From Chrysomallon squamiferum (taxonomy: Eukaryota; Animalia; Mollusca), in NCBI GenBank assembly GCA_012295275.1, contig CM022670.1, forward strand, positions 1,426,001 through 1,490,000: 64,000 nt of DNA, in the 5' to 3' direction. A program made the position numbers and the translations under genes. The stretch's first letter is position 1, and each line of letters begins with the position of its first letter. Below the pieces are notes generated by a model. It searched no databases. It saw only the letters and a program-made list of their open reading frames with translations, and had not been told where the DNA came from. Shown piece after piece: positions 23,528 through 38,469 of the stretch.

Positions 23528-26500
23528 GAAATAATCACTTTTTAATTTATGGAAGTAATATATTTCAGTACCAAGAGAAACGGTTACAGAAAGACAAAGA
23601 ATATCTCCAGCAGCAGCTGGATCGGGTTAATGATGAACTTCGTGAAAAGACAAACACATTAATCAACTTCAAAAAAGAGAGAGTGAGTTGAAACAACAAA
23701 CGAATTCATGTGCATTTTTCTAATATCAGAATAATTGTATCTTGTAATTAAAAAAAAAATGTTTTTAATTTTTAATTTTTTTTTTAAAATAACGAACTGA
23801 ATTACATTTTGTTTGTTACAAATAAGCATCTTTTAATGTTGTATAATTATTATATATATGAATTAATGTTAATTATAATTAACTAGTCTTCCTTAGTGCT
23901 CATCTCAGACCAAGACAGAATAGTTCATTATTAAATATTACAATTAGTACTTTCCTGTCTTTGAGTAGATATTTCTGTAAGTGTAAGTAACATTTGTGTT
24001 TTGTTTTGTTTGTTTGTTTTTAAATTCTTTAAAGCTTAAACATGTTAATTAGTTGATGTGCGGTGAAGGAAAGCAGAAAATGTGTAGTGAAATGATTTTC
24101 TTTTTTTGTTATATTTTAAAAAACAATAATATTTTTCAGGCTGGACAGTTTTTGGAATTACAGTCAAAACTTGAAGAGTTAACTGATGAGGTAACAGTCT
24201 TTGACTTTTCAGTAGTTTAACACAGTAGTAATGTTAACATGTCCCAGCATATTTCATTTCTTTTCAAAATAAGCATCTTTAGCAGAAGTTTATAAATAAA
24301 TTAGTGGACTGATCATGTATTCATTTTCTTTTTACCATTCTAATCAAAACTCCACAACCAGTTTACTAAAGACTCAGCATGTTCTCTTTTTCCTACATTA
24401 AAATGTATGTAAAATACTGTTAAAACCACAAAACAACAGCAGAAATTTCCTATTATGTCATGATTATACTGAAAGACTACACCTGACAATTAAAAGGTGT
24501 TAAAGTAGATTATTTTATTTAGTTAGTTGTTTTGTTAAGGCAGACAATATCACGGTAAAGAAGAAAATTACATTTTTTAAATGTCAGATTATCTTTAACA
24601 AACAGTATGTATTTTTTGTTATTAATTTAATACTTGATGATAGAGAAAAAAAATTAAAGTCTAACAATGAAAAAAGAATTTATAAGTGTGTGTGTTTGTG
24701 TGTGATTGTGTTTAAATATTTCTCTTGGTCTTTCATTTCTTTCTCTTTGTTTTTTTTTTATCCTTTTTATTTTATTTTTCTTCTAGATCAAACATAAGGA
24801 TAGAACCATTGAAGCACTGAGAAAAGAAAAAGATGATCTAACTCAGAGGATAGAGGTCTATTTGAAGAAACTTAAAGCTGTAAGAATTTATTTTCACTGT
24901 AAAAAAAAATCTTTGCAGTTGTGAGTTCTTAGTAATAGTTGCTGAAATCTTTAATACCATATTTTTTGATGCAGACTGTTTGCTTTTTTCTTCCCCTGGT
25001 TCTTAATTTTGTTTCCAGTATGAAATTAAAGATAGTAACATTATAAATAATTTTACTGTGATGGCTTTTTACACTTTGTTTTTTTCTTCTAAAATTGCAA
25101 CAATGGGAAAATGGATGTATTTACATTGGATGTCAACCTTCAGATCAGTTTGTGAATTTATTTAAAATTATTGATAAAGAAAACTTGAATAGTTCTAAAT
25201 GTTGCACTTGATATTTCAGTAATTTTCACATAACATAAATATTTGATATATTGCATGTAACTAAAATGTTACAGATTTGAAACAAGTAACAAGAAGAGTA
25301 ATAATAAATGAGTGTATTTGTTTTATAAATATTAATTTCAGGCTTATGATGCCCAGACAGAATCTGATGAACAGTTTCGCCAGGAGCTGTCAGCTCGTGT
25401 CAAACTCGTTGACTTGTATAAGGTTTGTCTTTATCTTGAAAACATGCAGTACAACACACTGTTTGTGTGAAACTGTAGTTAAAAAAACAAACTTCAGTAA
25501 TAGCTGGATACATTTAATTTTTTTTAATATATTTTATCTACATTATTAAAATAGTACACATTGATCATAATTCTTCTCTGGTTTAACAAATGCACTCGCA
25601 TATAATAATAAAATTAAACTATAATTTTAATATTAATACAGAAAAGAAATATGTTAAAATGATTTAAGTAGAAAAGAGTGTGTGTCAGGTGGTTGCTTTT
25701 TAAAGTTAATTGAGTAATTAATTATTGAAAATGGTAAATTTACAGAGCTCAGCTGAAGAAAGAGATGGGAAGGTAAAAGAGTTAACCACAGCAGTGGAGG
25801 AAATGCAGAAGCTGCTGAAAGAAGCTACTTCAGGTAAAAACATTTGACAGCAGTATCAAACCTCAGTGTTCCCATTATGCTGGGTGTTTTTGTTTTTTTA
25901 GTTCAGTAATTGCTTATATTGTAAAAAATAATTAAGGAAAATTTAATTATTCTTTTTAGAAACCTTTACTGAAATAAAAAATTTGTTAGCAAACAAATTA
26001 CAAATTTGAAGAATTGTTGTAAAATTTTAGTATTTTCAGGAATTATTGAGATATTGTTTTGTATATCACTGTTTATTTCTATCTCTGTCTGTATCCCTCA
26101 TTAATTTTACACATCCAGCTTACAAAACCTTGGAAGAAGAAAAGAAGATGCAGGAAGAAAATGTACAAGAATTAATCAAATTAAAAGGTTTGCCTTTTTT
26201 TTTCTCTCTTGTCTATATAATTTCTCCTCTAAAATTTGTAATTGAAGATTAAAAGACTATCCACAAAATATGTATAACCAGATAACAGATAGGGATTGTT
26301 AAATATGCCAGTAGGGGATGAATGCAATAGTACTGGATTATATGCTCAGTTTGTTGTGTTCTGAATTAATGATGTCACATGTATGCACACATAGCTCCTG
26401 TTTGTATTGAAGTCAGATTTAATCTGAGGTTTGTCAAGGCTGTTTAATTTCAAATACTAAGCATATAAAATTTCATTTAAAATATTTGTTTCATTTTCAG

Positions 26501-29500
26501 ATGAACAGATTGAAAAGCTGAACAAAGAGTTAAAACATGCAAATGAATTGCTTTCTGCTTTGAAAGGAAAAAGTAAGTTTTCCCTTCTGAAGTCTTACAC
26601 TTTTTTTTTTAAATTCTAAAAAGGATGGTCAGAGACTGCTATTTTGTTTCGTAGATATTGTTTGTCATCCTTACTTAATAAGAATAAATTTATTATAATT
26701 ACTTTCATAATTTTTATTAGTTTATTTAACGGAGATTTAAAAAAAATTGTTTTTTATTATTATTATTATTATTATTATTGTAATTTTGAATTTCTTTTCA
26801 TTTAAATGTTTCAGGTGTGACGCTAAGTGAATCAACTGTTGAGAATTTGTTTCCTACAGCAGCCACAACAAGCAAGATCTTGAAGTCTGGCATGAGTCTT
26901 ACTCAGGTTAGAATGGGAAATTATTTTATTTACACATTACTCATTATTAAATGGCTCATTTCATTTTTAAACAGAACAGCTGTGGAAAAGAAAAAAAATT
27001 CTGTCACTATTAATGTAAATCTATTTAGTTTAATCTTTAAACCAAAAAAAAAATTAGTCCAGTAAATAAACATTATTGCAAAAATATTAATTTTAATAAT
27101 GTTTCAAAGGGTCTAAAAATGTTGATGTCAGATTTATATTATTAATTTCACAGGTTTGATATATTTAGGAAGTTATATGCACTGATCTGGTAGATTACTT
27201 TTTCTATTTTTTCATTCTTTATTTACTTTTTTTATTATTATTATTATTTTTTTTTTTTTTTATTTCCCCCAATATGATAATAATTTTAGAAAATAGATCA
27301 TTTGAAAAAAAAAAACATAAATAATTATGTGAAATATAAATGTTTTTACTGACTTTTCAGATTTACAGTGAGTACGTACAAGCATGTGATAGTCTTGAAT
27401 TGGAAAAACTTGAAAACAAAAGACTTAACCAGTATCTTGATCAGATTTTACAGGTAAAATTTCATTTAATTTTACTGATCACCTCACTGATGCTACCAAC
27501 ATTTTAAGTCCATTATTTACAATACCTAATCCCACTTATATCTAATTTGACAGTATGAATATTTTAAGTAGATGACACAGCTAGATGTATCATGGAATGT
27601 GAATATTTTACATTAATAATCCAACATACATAATCACACAGTATCCGTTCTTTATAATACCAGTATCACAGTAATAGTAATACAAGTAGCTATAATTGGC
27701 AGTGTGAATATTTTAAATTAGGAATTTACAGTAGGTAATATAACACTACCAGTTCTGTTTAACAGTATAAATATTTTTCATTAATTGTTTTGGCCACTAG
27801 TCATATGAGGATCTGAAATTGTGAAGAACTAATTAACTTAAGAGGAGTTATCAAAGCACCAGCTACCTTTGACTAGCCTGTGTCATCAGACAGATTTATC
27901 TTTGGTTTTCCTGTGGAAATGCACACAAAAAAAACACCTAGTTGTTTGTGAGTGAATTGACCATGAATATGCAGAATTGGTTATGTGCTATAGTTGCATA
28001 TTTATGTTTATATTTTTAACACATCAGGAAATTGAGGAACGTACACCAATGCTAAAGAAGCAGAGAGAGGATTACGAAAACTCGCTGGCAACAATAAATC
28101 AGCTCACATCACAACTGGATGCTGCCATGTTGGTGAGTGACAGTAATCTAATTTTTCACTCTGAACCTTTTTTAATATTTTTAATTATAGCCTCTTCAGT
28201 CATTAATTATTCAGTTTTTGGCTTTTTTGTGTTTGTATTCATAAAATATGTATATTATACAAATAAAAGGATTTCAGTCAAATATTTTTAATGAAACTGA
28301 CCTGTAAAATACTTCATTATATTTCATTATTTGACAAGAGAACAAGAAATTTTAAATATGTGTTTGATACAAAACAGGTTACAAAGTTTTCCTAATGCAT
28401 TTTGTATAAAATATAGAGAATATTTAAGTGAATAATAAAAATTTTCTCTTAATTGTAAAAATAAGGAGAAGATTTTCTAATATTCATCTAGGACACATAC
28501 ATACACACTAAATAATTTATTAAAATACGTAATGAAATGTGTTGAAACGTAATTAAAGAAAAAATTATTTAACTTGAAGGAGACAGAAAAGATTCAAGCA
28601 GAGTGTGACGAGTATAGGAGAAAGTCCAGCCATCTTCAGAGAGAATGCAGCAAGTATCAGCAAAAAACACTCGATCTGAGTCAGCAGGTACAACTGTTTG
28701 TACAGCTTCTCACGCAGAACAAGTCACCTAATTACATTTTTCATTAATTTTTATTTGTTAGTTAATTTAATATCTGCAATGGTGACGCATTCAAATAACC
28801 CAAGAGATTCACTTTGTTTATCAGAAATTTTTTCTTTCATATCCTTTTTATTATTATTTTATTCTTTTTTTTTTTTTTTTTTTTTTGTCCTTCATTTTCT
28901 TCTGTTGTGAAAATTATTATAAGCTTTTTCACCCTTTTCTTACAAGTGAATAATATATAATTTTAAAAACCAATAAAGAATAAAAATGTTTTTCGGTCAT
29001 ACATACAGAGATACATAGAGTGAAAACTATCATATATTTTATTGTTTTCATGCAAAAATATAAAGTATATTTGTTTTGTTTTGTTTTGATTAGTCAAAAT
29101 AAACTTAAAGAAATTAATAACTTCAAGCCTTTTGTTTGTCAGATTTAAGTGTGTTATTCACCCTGTTGTTAATTTTGTTTCCAGGTCAGATATTTATTGA
29201 AAGAAATTCAAGAGTTGAGAGGAGGTCCACTACACGTTGTTGCTGATGGATCATCCACTGAGGTATCCAGTTCTTCCAACATCATTACAGAAAAACTTGT
29301 AACATTTGGGTGAGTAAAGTTACTTAATGTTACTTGAACTTCAGTTTTTCAAACAGTTGATTAATTGATATGTGTTTTCTGAAGATAGCGTACTGATACT
29401 GATCAGATTTGTTTGAACAGTGAAAATAGTTTAATGTGCTTTCATTTAATAATATTTTCAAACAAAACACTTCTGTAAACCTGACAGTCACAATTAATTC

Positions 29501-32500
29501 AAAACTGTAACTGAATTTTGATAATTTATAAATTGTTTTTCATGGTTATTTACTTAATATAATTAAAATTTCCAAACAGTTTGGGACACTTTATAAACCA
29601 CACAGTACAATTTATTCATTTCTTACATTTTAGAAAGTTGTTGCTTTCAAAAGATACACTTTCTGAAGTTATAACCATTCAAATTTGGATTTTGTTTTTA
29701 TTTTTAATTATCAGAAACATAGACGAACTCCAGGAACAGAATGTGAGGCTTTTAGAGGTTGTGAGAGAGTTGAGTGAAAATAAAGAGGAGGAGGAAAGAC
29801 TGGCCACAGAAGAAAAGTGAGATGTTATTTATAAATGTGATTAATGCGTCTGTAATTATATTTCCATGTTTTTTCTTGTAGCTGTAAAATGCTAATAATA
29901 AAGTATGACTATAAAATAATAATTTTTGTGATGTGTCGATGCTGATCTTTTGTCTTCTGTTGATGCCATTACGTAAAAAGAAATATGTAAATCATAAATA
30001 ATTTTGTTATTACTATTTTTTATTTAATGTTGTTTATTTTATATGTGGGTATTTTAATGTTAAAGAACAAAAGAATTAAAAGAGCAGCTGAACGAGACAA
30101 TGAAAGAACTTCAAGAACTTCAGGAAGCTCGCTCTCGACAAGCGGAAATGGTAATTTACACTTTTATTTAATACATGTGTGTACAACTAATTTAATCCAT
30201 GCATTTATATTAATATATCTTTTGTCACCCCAGTTTCTATAATTTTAAGCAGTTTTCTCACTCTCAAAAAAATATACTGTTGTTCAGTGATTATAGCATT
30301 AGCTAAAGATGTTCACTGGATTAAATCTTGTTTGAACTGCCACTGGATATGTTAATAAAAAATACAAGTTTGTGCTGTACAGGCTACCGCAAAGTACAAA
30401 TAAAATATTTACTTGGAATCATCAATAGTAGCCTAGATTATGGTTGCTTCGGGTTTTCTGTCAAACCTTTATATCAAAAATTTAAATAATTAATTAATAA
30501 ATAATTCAAAAATAAATAAAGTTGTAAACTAGTAATGATTATTATTTTAAAATGAGTTGTGGTGTCATTAATACTGATTCCCTGATAACAACCAACTGCA
30601 CTGACCAGTACAATTTTCTGCGAGTCTGATTTACCTGTCATGGCTGGTGGAAGGTGCAGTCTGTGTGGTTTTAATAATAATTAACAGTAACAAAATATTC
30701 TTAATGTTTGTTTTTTTTGTTTTTTTTAGGTTGAATCAATTGTTCGACAAAGAGACATGTACAGAGTATTGTTACAACAAGGTGGTTCTTTTTCAGTGAG
30801 TAGACTGTTAAATCCATTTCCCTATTAAAAACATATTTACTGTCAGTTTAGAAAATGGAAATAATTTTGTTTATATTATTTTCAAATACAGCTTGATAAG
30901 AAAGAAAGAAAGATAAAAATAAATTTCTATACTAGCAGCAGTGCAAAAATATTTGTTTGACAATTAACAAGGACAGCATTTAAACCTGAATATCATTATA
31001 TCAATGTGTTCACATTAGTTGATTTTTATTTCAAGCTAAACTACATTTTTTTTTTTTATTATTATTATTATTTTTTTTTTTTTTTGAAAACCCTTTTTAT
31101 ATTTGCCCTATATTTTTTTTTTTTTTTAAATAAATAGAATTTTAGCTTCCAGGTTAAAAAGAAATAAAATTTGAATATTTATCATCATCATCATCATTGT
31201 TTGTTTTTGTTTTTTCATTGTTGCTGTTATTAACTATTGTGATTATTATTGTTTTTATTGTTGCTGTTTTTGTTGTTATTGTCATGTTTTTGTTATTATT
31301 ACGACTTACAGCAACAGATGACTGAAATTCCACTGTATGCGTCCACACCAGTAGCACCTGGTCGACAGTCCCAGGCAGAAACTCCGGTGATCTCAAGCGG
31401 TGACCTACAGAAAACTCTACAAGAAACAAAGGCAGCACTGAAACAGCTGCAGGCAGAATACACTATTTACAAGAAAGAAAGAGGAACTAACGAAAGGTGA
31501 TTTACACCTTCACATTTTTTTATATTGCTTACGGTTATTTTCATTTATTTATTTGTCTTTATTTTCAAATTTTTTTTTTTTTTTTTTTTTTCCTTATTAA
31601 GAGAGAGAGAGGAAGGCTTGAGTTAAACAGATAAGGAAAGTGTGTGTGTGTGTGTGTGTGTGTGTCAGTTTGAAATAAAGAATGTATAAGTTGGAAAGGT
31701 CAGATGTAAATACAGTATTAGACAGATAAACTAAATTTACAGAAAGATATAACATTTGATTTTCTCTGTTTAAAAAAAATAAAAAAAGGAGGATTATTAT
31801 TTTAGGATTGGTGCTGTTTAAGTTTAATAATTCTGATGGATATTTTCAGAATGATAAGTGATGAACTGGACAAGACAAAAGCTGAACTGTCTGAAATTAA
31901 AGTACAAAATGCGAAGCTTCTTTCACAGGTATTTTCTAACTTATGTGGAGACACTAGACGAAAAATTTGAAAAACAAATCGTTTCTGAGATTTTAACACA
32001 ACCATTTACAAAAAATTATTCAGTTTTCTATTCGTACAAGTTAAAAAGTCCAAATAAATTTAATTATAATCAAAAAATATATTTTGTGAAGTGTTTGTCA
32101 CTGAAATTTACACATTTTCGTTAAATTCTGCGTTTATTTCTGGGTTTTACTTTGTCGAAACCTCAATGAAATTTGACATTCTGCGACCATTGGAAAGCCC
32201 CATTTTTGCAGAGCATTATGGGAACAGTGTTCTAAAAGTAGATAAAAACTCCATCAAGATATTCCTTAATTTAGTGCACCCCCCTCTGAGACTATGAGAG
32301 AAAAAATAGCATTGCCCGTTTATTGGTCATATGATATCACATGACGTGTTGCAGCATTCTAATTGGTTGTCAGAATTATTTCCGGTGACATTGTTTACAT
32401 CCGTTCATTGATATTTTTTCACCGTGCATATTGTTTGAGATTTAACTGTTCGAAATCATGGAGATTTATCATGGAAAGAAAACCAGTACAAAACATAAAT

Positions 32501-33218
32501 TTGTGAAGAGGAAACTATCTCACAAACAACGGTTACAATCTGCAGAAAATAATAGATTGCCAAAACAAGCAAGGTCATTGTTAAAGGGGAGGTTTAGATT
32601 GGTCTGCGTATTCAGCTGAGATTGTCACATCAGCTTCACAGAACTGGGTCAGTGAGACTCATGGTTTTGTTTATCAAGACTACAGTTTAACTGCATGCAT
32701 TTCCAGTCTACAAAATTAGTGTTTATAAATAGATGTTTAAATTAAGGTATGAACTATGAGCAAACCTTTTATGTGAAATAAATATTTGCGATAAAATTAT
32801 TAATAATGGCTCTTGTGTTTTAACTTATAGAAAAAAAGGGTGCCCAAATATTATTTTTGGGGTGACTAACCCATAATTGTTTTCACATTCCAGTGACCCA
32901 AACAGAGCTGCGGCCATTTTGAGCCCTATTTATATATGTCACTTGTGAAACAAAATCATCTACTCAAACACCATCTATTAACAAAACACTAAATACTTCT
33001 TTCTCACTCGGTGAAATGTTTATTTTCAGTTGGAATTCCAGAATGATAGATTTAAGACATTGCAGTCAAATACTGATGGTTACAAGAGAGAAATAACAGC
33101 ACTTCAAGAAAAATGTCAGAAGTATTCCATTTCAGTTGTAAAACACGAAGAGGCAGTTAATGTTTTAAGAGAAGTATGCCATACTAAGTTTTTATAAAAT
33201 TATATATTACATTCTTGT

Positions 33219-33252
<34 letters not shown>

Positions 33253-36200
33253 CTTTAAACACCAGCTTGATTAGTACAATGGTATTATTAATATTAAATT
33301 TTATCTAGTGAATTCTGAAAACTGTGGTTAATATAAAATATATTTTGGACCTAAAGTATTGTGAAATCCTTAACTTTCATATTTACATAAATTTTCTTAC
33401 AAAATATTACTTCAGAAAAAGAAAACATTTTTTTTATATATATATATATCTTTTTAGACTGTTCCAACTTTTATAAAGTAAAATTGAAATGAAATGTAAA
33501 ATTAAAATGTAGAACTGATAACATATTGTGAAAACATTTACATTTTATGCTGCAGAAATTTTTGTGTGACTTGTAAAACAGCATAGTAGTTCATTATAAG
33601 ATGCTATCTTTTAACTTCACAGTGAAGTCTGTTTTACATCAGGCAGAGATACTATGTCTAAGGGAGAAACATTAACAAATTACATATGCAAAATTTTAAA
33701 AGCTGAATTTTACAACTGACTTTTATTTTTTTTAATTATTATTTTTTAAATTTCTAAATGTAACAGGATCTGATGGCGGCTAATGAAAAGAACAGCAGAC
33801 TTGACGTCCAGTGTGAAAATCTGCGATCAGAGATTGAGAAGTTGAGGATGTCTGAACAGCATTTGAAACAAGAAATTGCCAATCTTCACAGAGAAAAACA
33901 GTCCCAGTCAATGCTCATGTCAAGTCTGCAAGCAATACAGGTTTGTAGGGTCAACGTTTTCACTTGGTCAAAACAGTTGTGACCTTTCTTAAATCATCTT
34001 GATAATAATACTTGACTTACACGGTCCTTGGGGATTGTCATTGTATGTGTGCTTGGAAGTGTGACACACATGCACACACACACTCACATACACATACATA
34101 CAATGATACATACAAATTTCCAGTTATTTTCCTATTTTTAAACTTTTTAAGTTGTATTATCAATTTGTGGTTGTGGTCAAAACTGACAGTAATTTATTTA
34201 CACTGTTCATATGTCTTCAGAATAATTTGGAAAGAGCTGATTTTGAGAACAAAACCAGACTGAAAAACCAGATAGACGCAAAGGAAAAAGAACTGATCAG
34301 TCTTCGCCGCAGAGTTGAAAGTTTAATGGAGGGAGAGAAAGAATCAACTCTGAAATGGGAGGTACGTTTGTTTTCATCATGTCACAGTGAATACAAATCA
34401 CAGAAGCTATCCTTGATGTCATAGTATACTTTCAAAAATAAATTTCGCATAATTTAAATTTTTTAATGTTTTGGTTTCTTCAATATGATTTTAAGATGTC
34501 TTTTCATTTCAGTTCACGTTTGTAAATGGCAGAATAATTAATATGGTTGATTTTATTTTATTTTATGCATTTTGTTTTTCTTAGAAAAAACTGAGTGAAC
34601 TGGAAAGTAAGTTACAGGAGGAGCAGACTAAAAACCAACAGGTAAACAACCTGCTGGCTGAATGCAACACAGAGATAGAGAGACTCAAAGAAGAGGTAAG
34701 ATTGTATTTTGCTTCATACACTGCCTCAGTATAACATTTGTATGTTAGAAAGGTGTCAGTATCTTACTGCATTACTGAAATGTTATTTCAATGGAGATTT
34801 ATACAGAATGTTTTAATTTACATTTACTTAGATGTTGTGTATGCATAAATATATACTGTAAAGACCTTTTAAGTTAATTTTAAAATTCAAATGCCCTACT
34901 TATATCAGTATGCATGTGCTCTAATATTGGAAGTCAGGAAGAAGATATTTTATTTTACTATTGATGTACTATCTATTCCATTGACTTTTAAGTGTTAAAA
35001 AGAAATTAATAAGAAATGTTAACTAGAATAATGTTTTTATTGGTTTTTGTTTTAGCTGAAGACTTCAGAAGCCAAATGTGCAGCATTGGAAGAAAAACTG
35101 ATGAGACTTGGAGCGGTTGGACAAGGTTAGGAATTGTTAAACTATCATTTAAACAAAGTTTTATCAGTAGGGTAATGAATTTTTCATCTGTCTCTGTTTT
35201 TCTATTTTATTTATTCTTGAATTCTTTTTCTTTCATACAAAAGCCTAAATTTTACTTCAGTCATTACAGTATATGTATTCAAAAAACCTTATTACATGCA
35301 GTGAAGCAGTTTTTTGTTTTGGTGCTATGAGGTACTGGTCTCAGTTTCAAACTTTTATAAATGTGAAAGTGCAAAGCTACAAAAGTGGTCATATATTAGT
35401 TAATTAATTCTCAGTGTTCCAACTATGTTAAAAAGTTGCTTTCAGTCAAAGGAGAGAGTTTTACATGTTGTATAAATGTTTTATTTTGTCGTAGGTGACG
35501 CAGGAATTGTGAATGCAGAGGAGATCAAAGAACTCAAGTCAGAACTATCGCAAGCTCAACAGCAAATCAAAAGTAAGTGAATTGTTTGAATATTCACATT
35601 CCGCCGTCTTTACTATAGCATGTCATAAATCCAGAACAACTGTCAAGTAGGATTTTTACTCATTTTAAAATGCTTATCAGTATTTAAGATTTTCTAATAT
35701 CATTTAATAAACACAAAAATTAATCTAAAGTCTAATTGTATTATACACAGGTAAATAAAGGATACCAAAAATACCATTCATTGTTGATAAAGACAATCTT
35801 TGTTTTAATTTAATATAGGCAGTAACATCTGAATATTAATTGCATTATTACTTACTAAATTCCTTATGAATAGAAATGATACTGAAATAGCGAGTATGAA
35901 TAATGGTTTCAGCAGAATATGAGGAAATGTTATTCAGCATATTTTCCCCATTTAAACCAGTGTGTTATCTGAGGGTGGAGCAGCAGTGAATTGCTTTGTG
36001 TTATCTTTTTTTCAGACCTGGAGCAGCAGCTTGCGAGTGCCAAGAAACATGCAGACCAGTACAAGAAGATTGCTGACAGTGTAGAAGAAACACTGCAAGA
36101 ACAAAATCTAGTAAGAGAAACAAAAATACTTTTTAAAAAAAAAAGTGTTTACAGAATCACTGGCTATAAGTTACAGTCCTTGAAAATTACCTGTAGAAAA

Positions 36201-36377
36201 TCTTCAACAGTGTTGAGCTGGGTACACTTCATCAGTGAAATGGTTGCGTCATTAAACACCAGGCAGAATTCAGTTTTTATTTTACTGTTCCCATAAAAGA
36301 GATACATTGCAGTTAAATAATATTTCTTTTACATCATATATATTTCAATATGTCTTGTATATTATTATTATTACTAC

Positions 36378-36445
<68 letters not shown>

Positions 36446-37266
36446 CAGGCAAGCAAACATTTCCAAGAGGGTTTGGAAAAGAAAGGCAGAGAAATGAAAC
36501 AAGGTTGGTTGGATATTTTGTGACATGTCAAAGTTTATAAAGCATATGCAGGCACAAATAACAGACAAATAAAACAAAAAATAAAAAAATAAAAAATATT
36601 CTGCTATTGATGTCCATTAGTATTTATATAAACTAAGAACACATTTTTATTTATTTATGTATTTTTTTTGAAAAAAATGTTGTATTATTTATATTTTTAC
36701 ACAGAAATAGAGCGGCTGGAAAAAATAATTGAGTTAATAGAGAAAGAAAAACAAGATTTGTTGAATGAAAATATTAAAATATCTGAGGAAAGCCATGCTC
36801 TGGTAAGACAATATTTTATTTATCAAATTACATTCTTTTTTAGTACCATTGTCATTCAGTTCATTTGCTTTAAATGTTAAATCTTGTCATTAAAAAGGTG
36901 GGTGTCACCCATCTAATGGCAAAAACTTTCAGAGAAGTAGAAGATACACTGGTAATGTACTGTACTGATCAGTGTTCAATACAATATAGCAAAAAATTTA
37001 TTGAAATTTGATGTGTAGTGTGTACAACCCAAATTGTAACTATGTAGTGATAACTAGGGAGATAAAAGACATTAAAGTTCACTGCAGGCAGTGGGTTTTT
37101 TATTAAACATTTGTCATAAATTATTAAATTGCCCTCAGCAATATAAATGTATATTGTATAAATCATGATTGTGGGGATTAAATTTTTTTAAAAACAAAAA
37201 AATGTACTACACATTTCAGCACTAGAAAAATATTAAAATTGTGAAGACTCTCTCTCTCTCTCTGTT

Positions 37267-37331
<65 letters not shown>

Positions 37332-38438
37332 GTCTCTCTCTGTCTCTCTCTCTCTCTCTTGTGTATATATATATATATATAAGAGAGAGAGAGAGAGAAA
37401 AGATATGTTCATATGATTGAATGTATTTTGCTACAGAATGCTGATCTAAGGAAAGAGCTGTCCAGTTTGCAGAATGAACTTCAGGAAGCCATTGAAAGAC
37501 GAGAAATGGCCATAGCTAATGAACAGTCAGCTAAGAGAGACCTGGATGCTCAGATTAAAATTGCTGCAGAGGTTAGTGAACAAAATTGTTAACACTGACA
37601 TCAACTTTATGAATTGCTGCAGACTGGTAAAATAAAAAGTAAAAATTGTGATGAAGATGACACTGATTTTGTGTACACTGACATATTTCTGCAGTTTACT
37701 CTTGCAGTTTACCCTTTGTATTGTTGTTATTAGTTTTAAAATTAAATATCCAGAAAGCTGGTTTAAGAACCTAGGTAATGTGCTTTACTATCCAGTGGTA
37801 GATATATATTATAGATTCCTTGCTGTTAAAATTAATCCTTAGATCTTTGGATAAAAAAGTGACCATATGTTTGTAAAAATGTGTTATTTACCAGTAACTG
37901 GTTCATGTGTTTTAACATCATTCCAACAGGCACAGGATAAATATGAAAGAGAACTGATGTTGCATGCTGCAGATGTGGAAGCTTTAACAACATGCAAGAA
38001 ACAGGTAAGTTTACTAATTAAAGTTTACCTTTAGTCATCAGAAGAAATAGTTTTAATATATTCTTAATATTTCCACGTTTTATTTGTATTTTGCTATCCT
38101 ATTGTAATTAAAAGCAGTCAGTAAAGATGAAACTGTACAGTTTAAAAACCTGTTTAATCATTAGTTCCTATAATGTATTTTAATTTGTTGCTTTTTCAGG
38201 TTGAAAATTTCAATGAAGTTCTAACTGAAGCACAAAATGTAGCTAAAAAAGCTGAACAGGAATTAATTGAATCTCGGGTAGGTGACAGTTATTAAATTTG
38301 ATTAATTATCAGATTCAAGTTTAGTAAACAATTCTTCTCCATGTCTTTATTATGCTGTTTCCAAAGCTGATACTATTAATAAATAAAAAAAGTTAATTCT
38401 TAGATTTGAAATAAGTGTTAATGTTTGACGCATTACAG

Positions 38439-38469
<31 letters not shown>

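Noticed and set aside
27549-27785. Recurring CAGT(A/G)TGAATATTTT motif
   Set aside because: Irregular spacing and low complexity; likely a decayed tandem repeat.
35880-35975. Two-hairpin H/ACA-like or C/D-like element
   Set aside because: An H-like AGAATA is present but there is no ACA tail; the stems are weak and AT-rich, and the rRNA complement CCCATTTAAA is not adjacent to a D box.
37646-37684. GTGATGA...CTGA box C/D-like motif
   Set aside because: Only ~35 nt between boxes, too short, and no recognisable guide.
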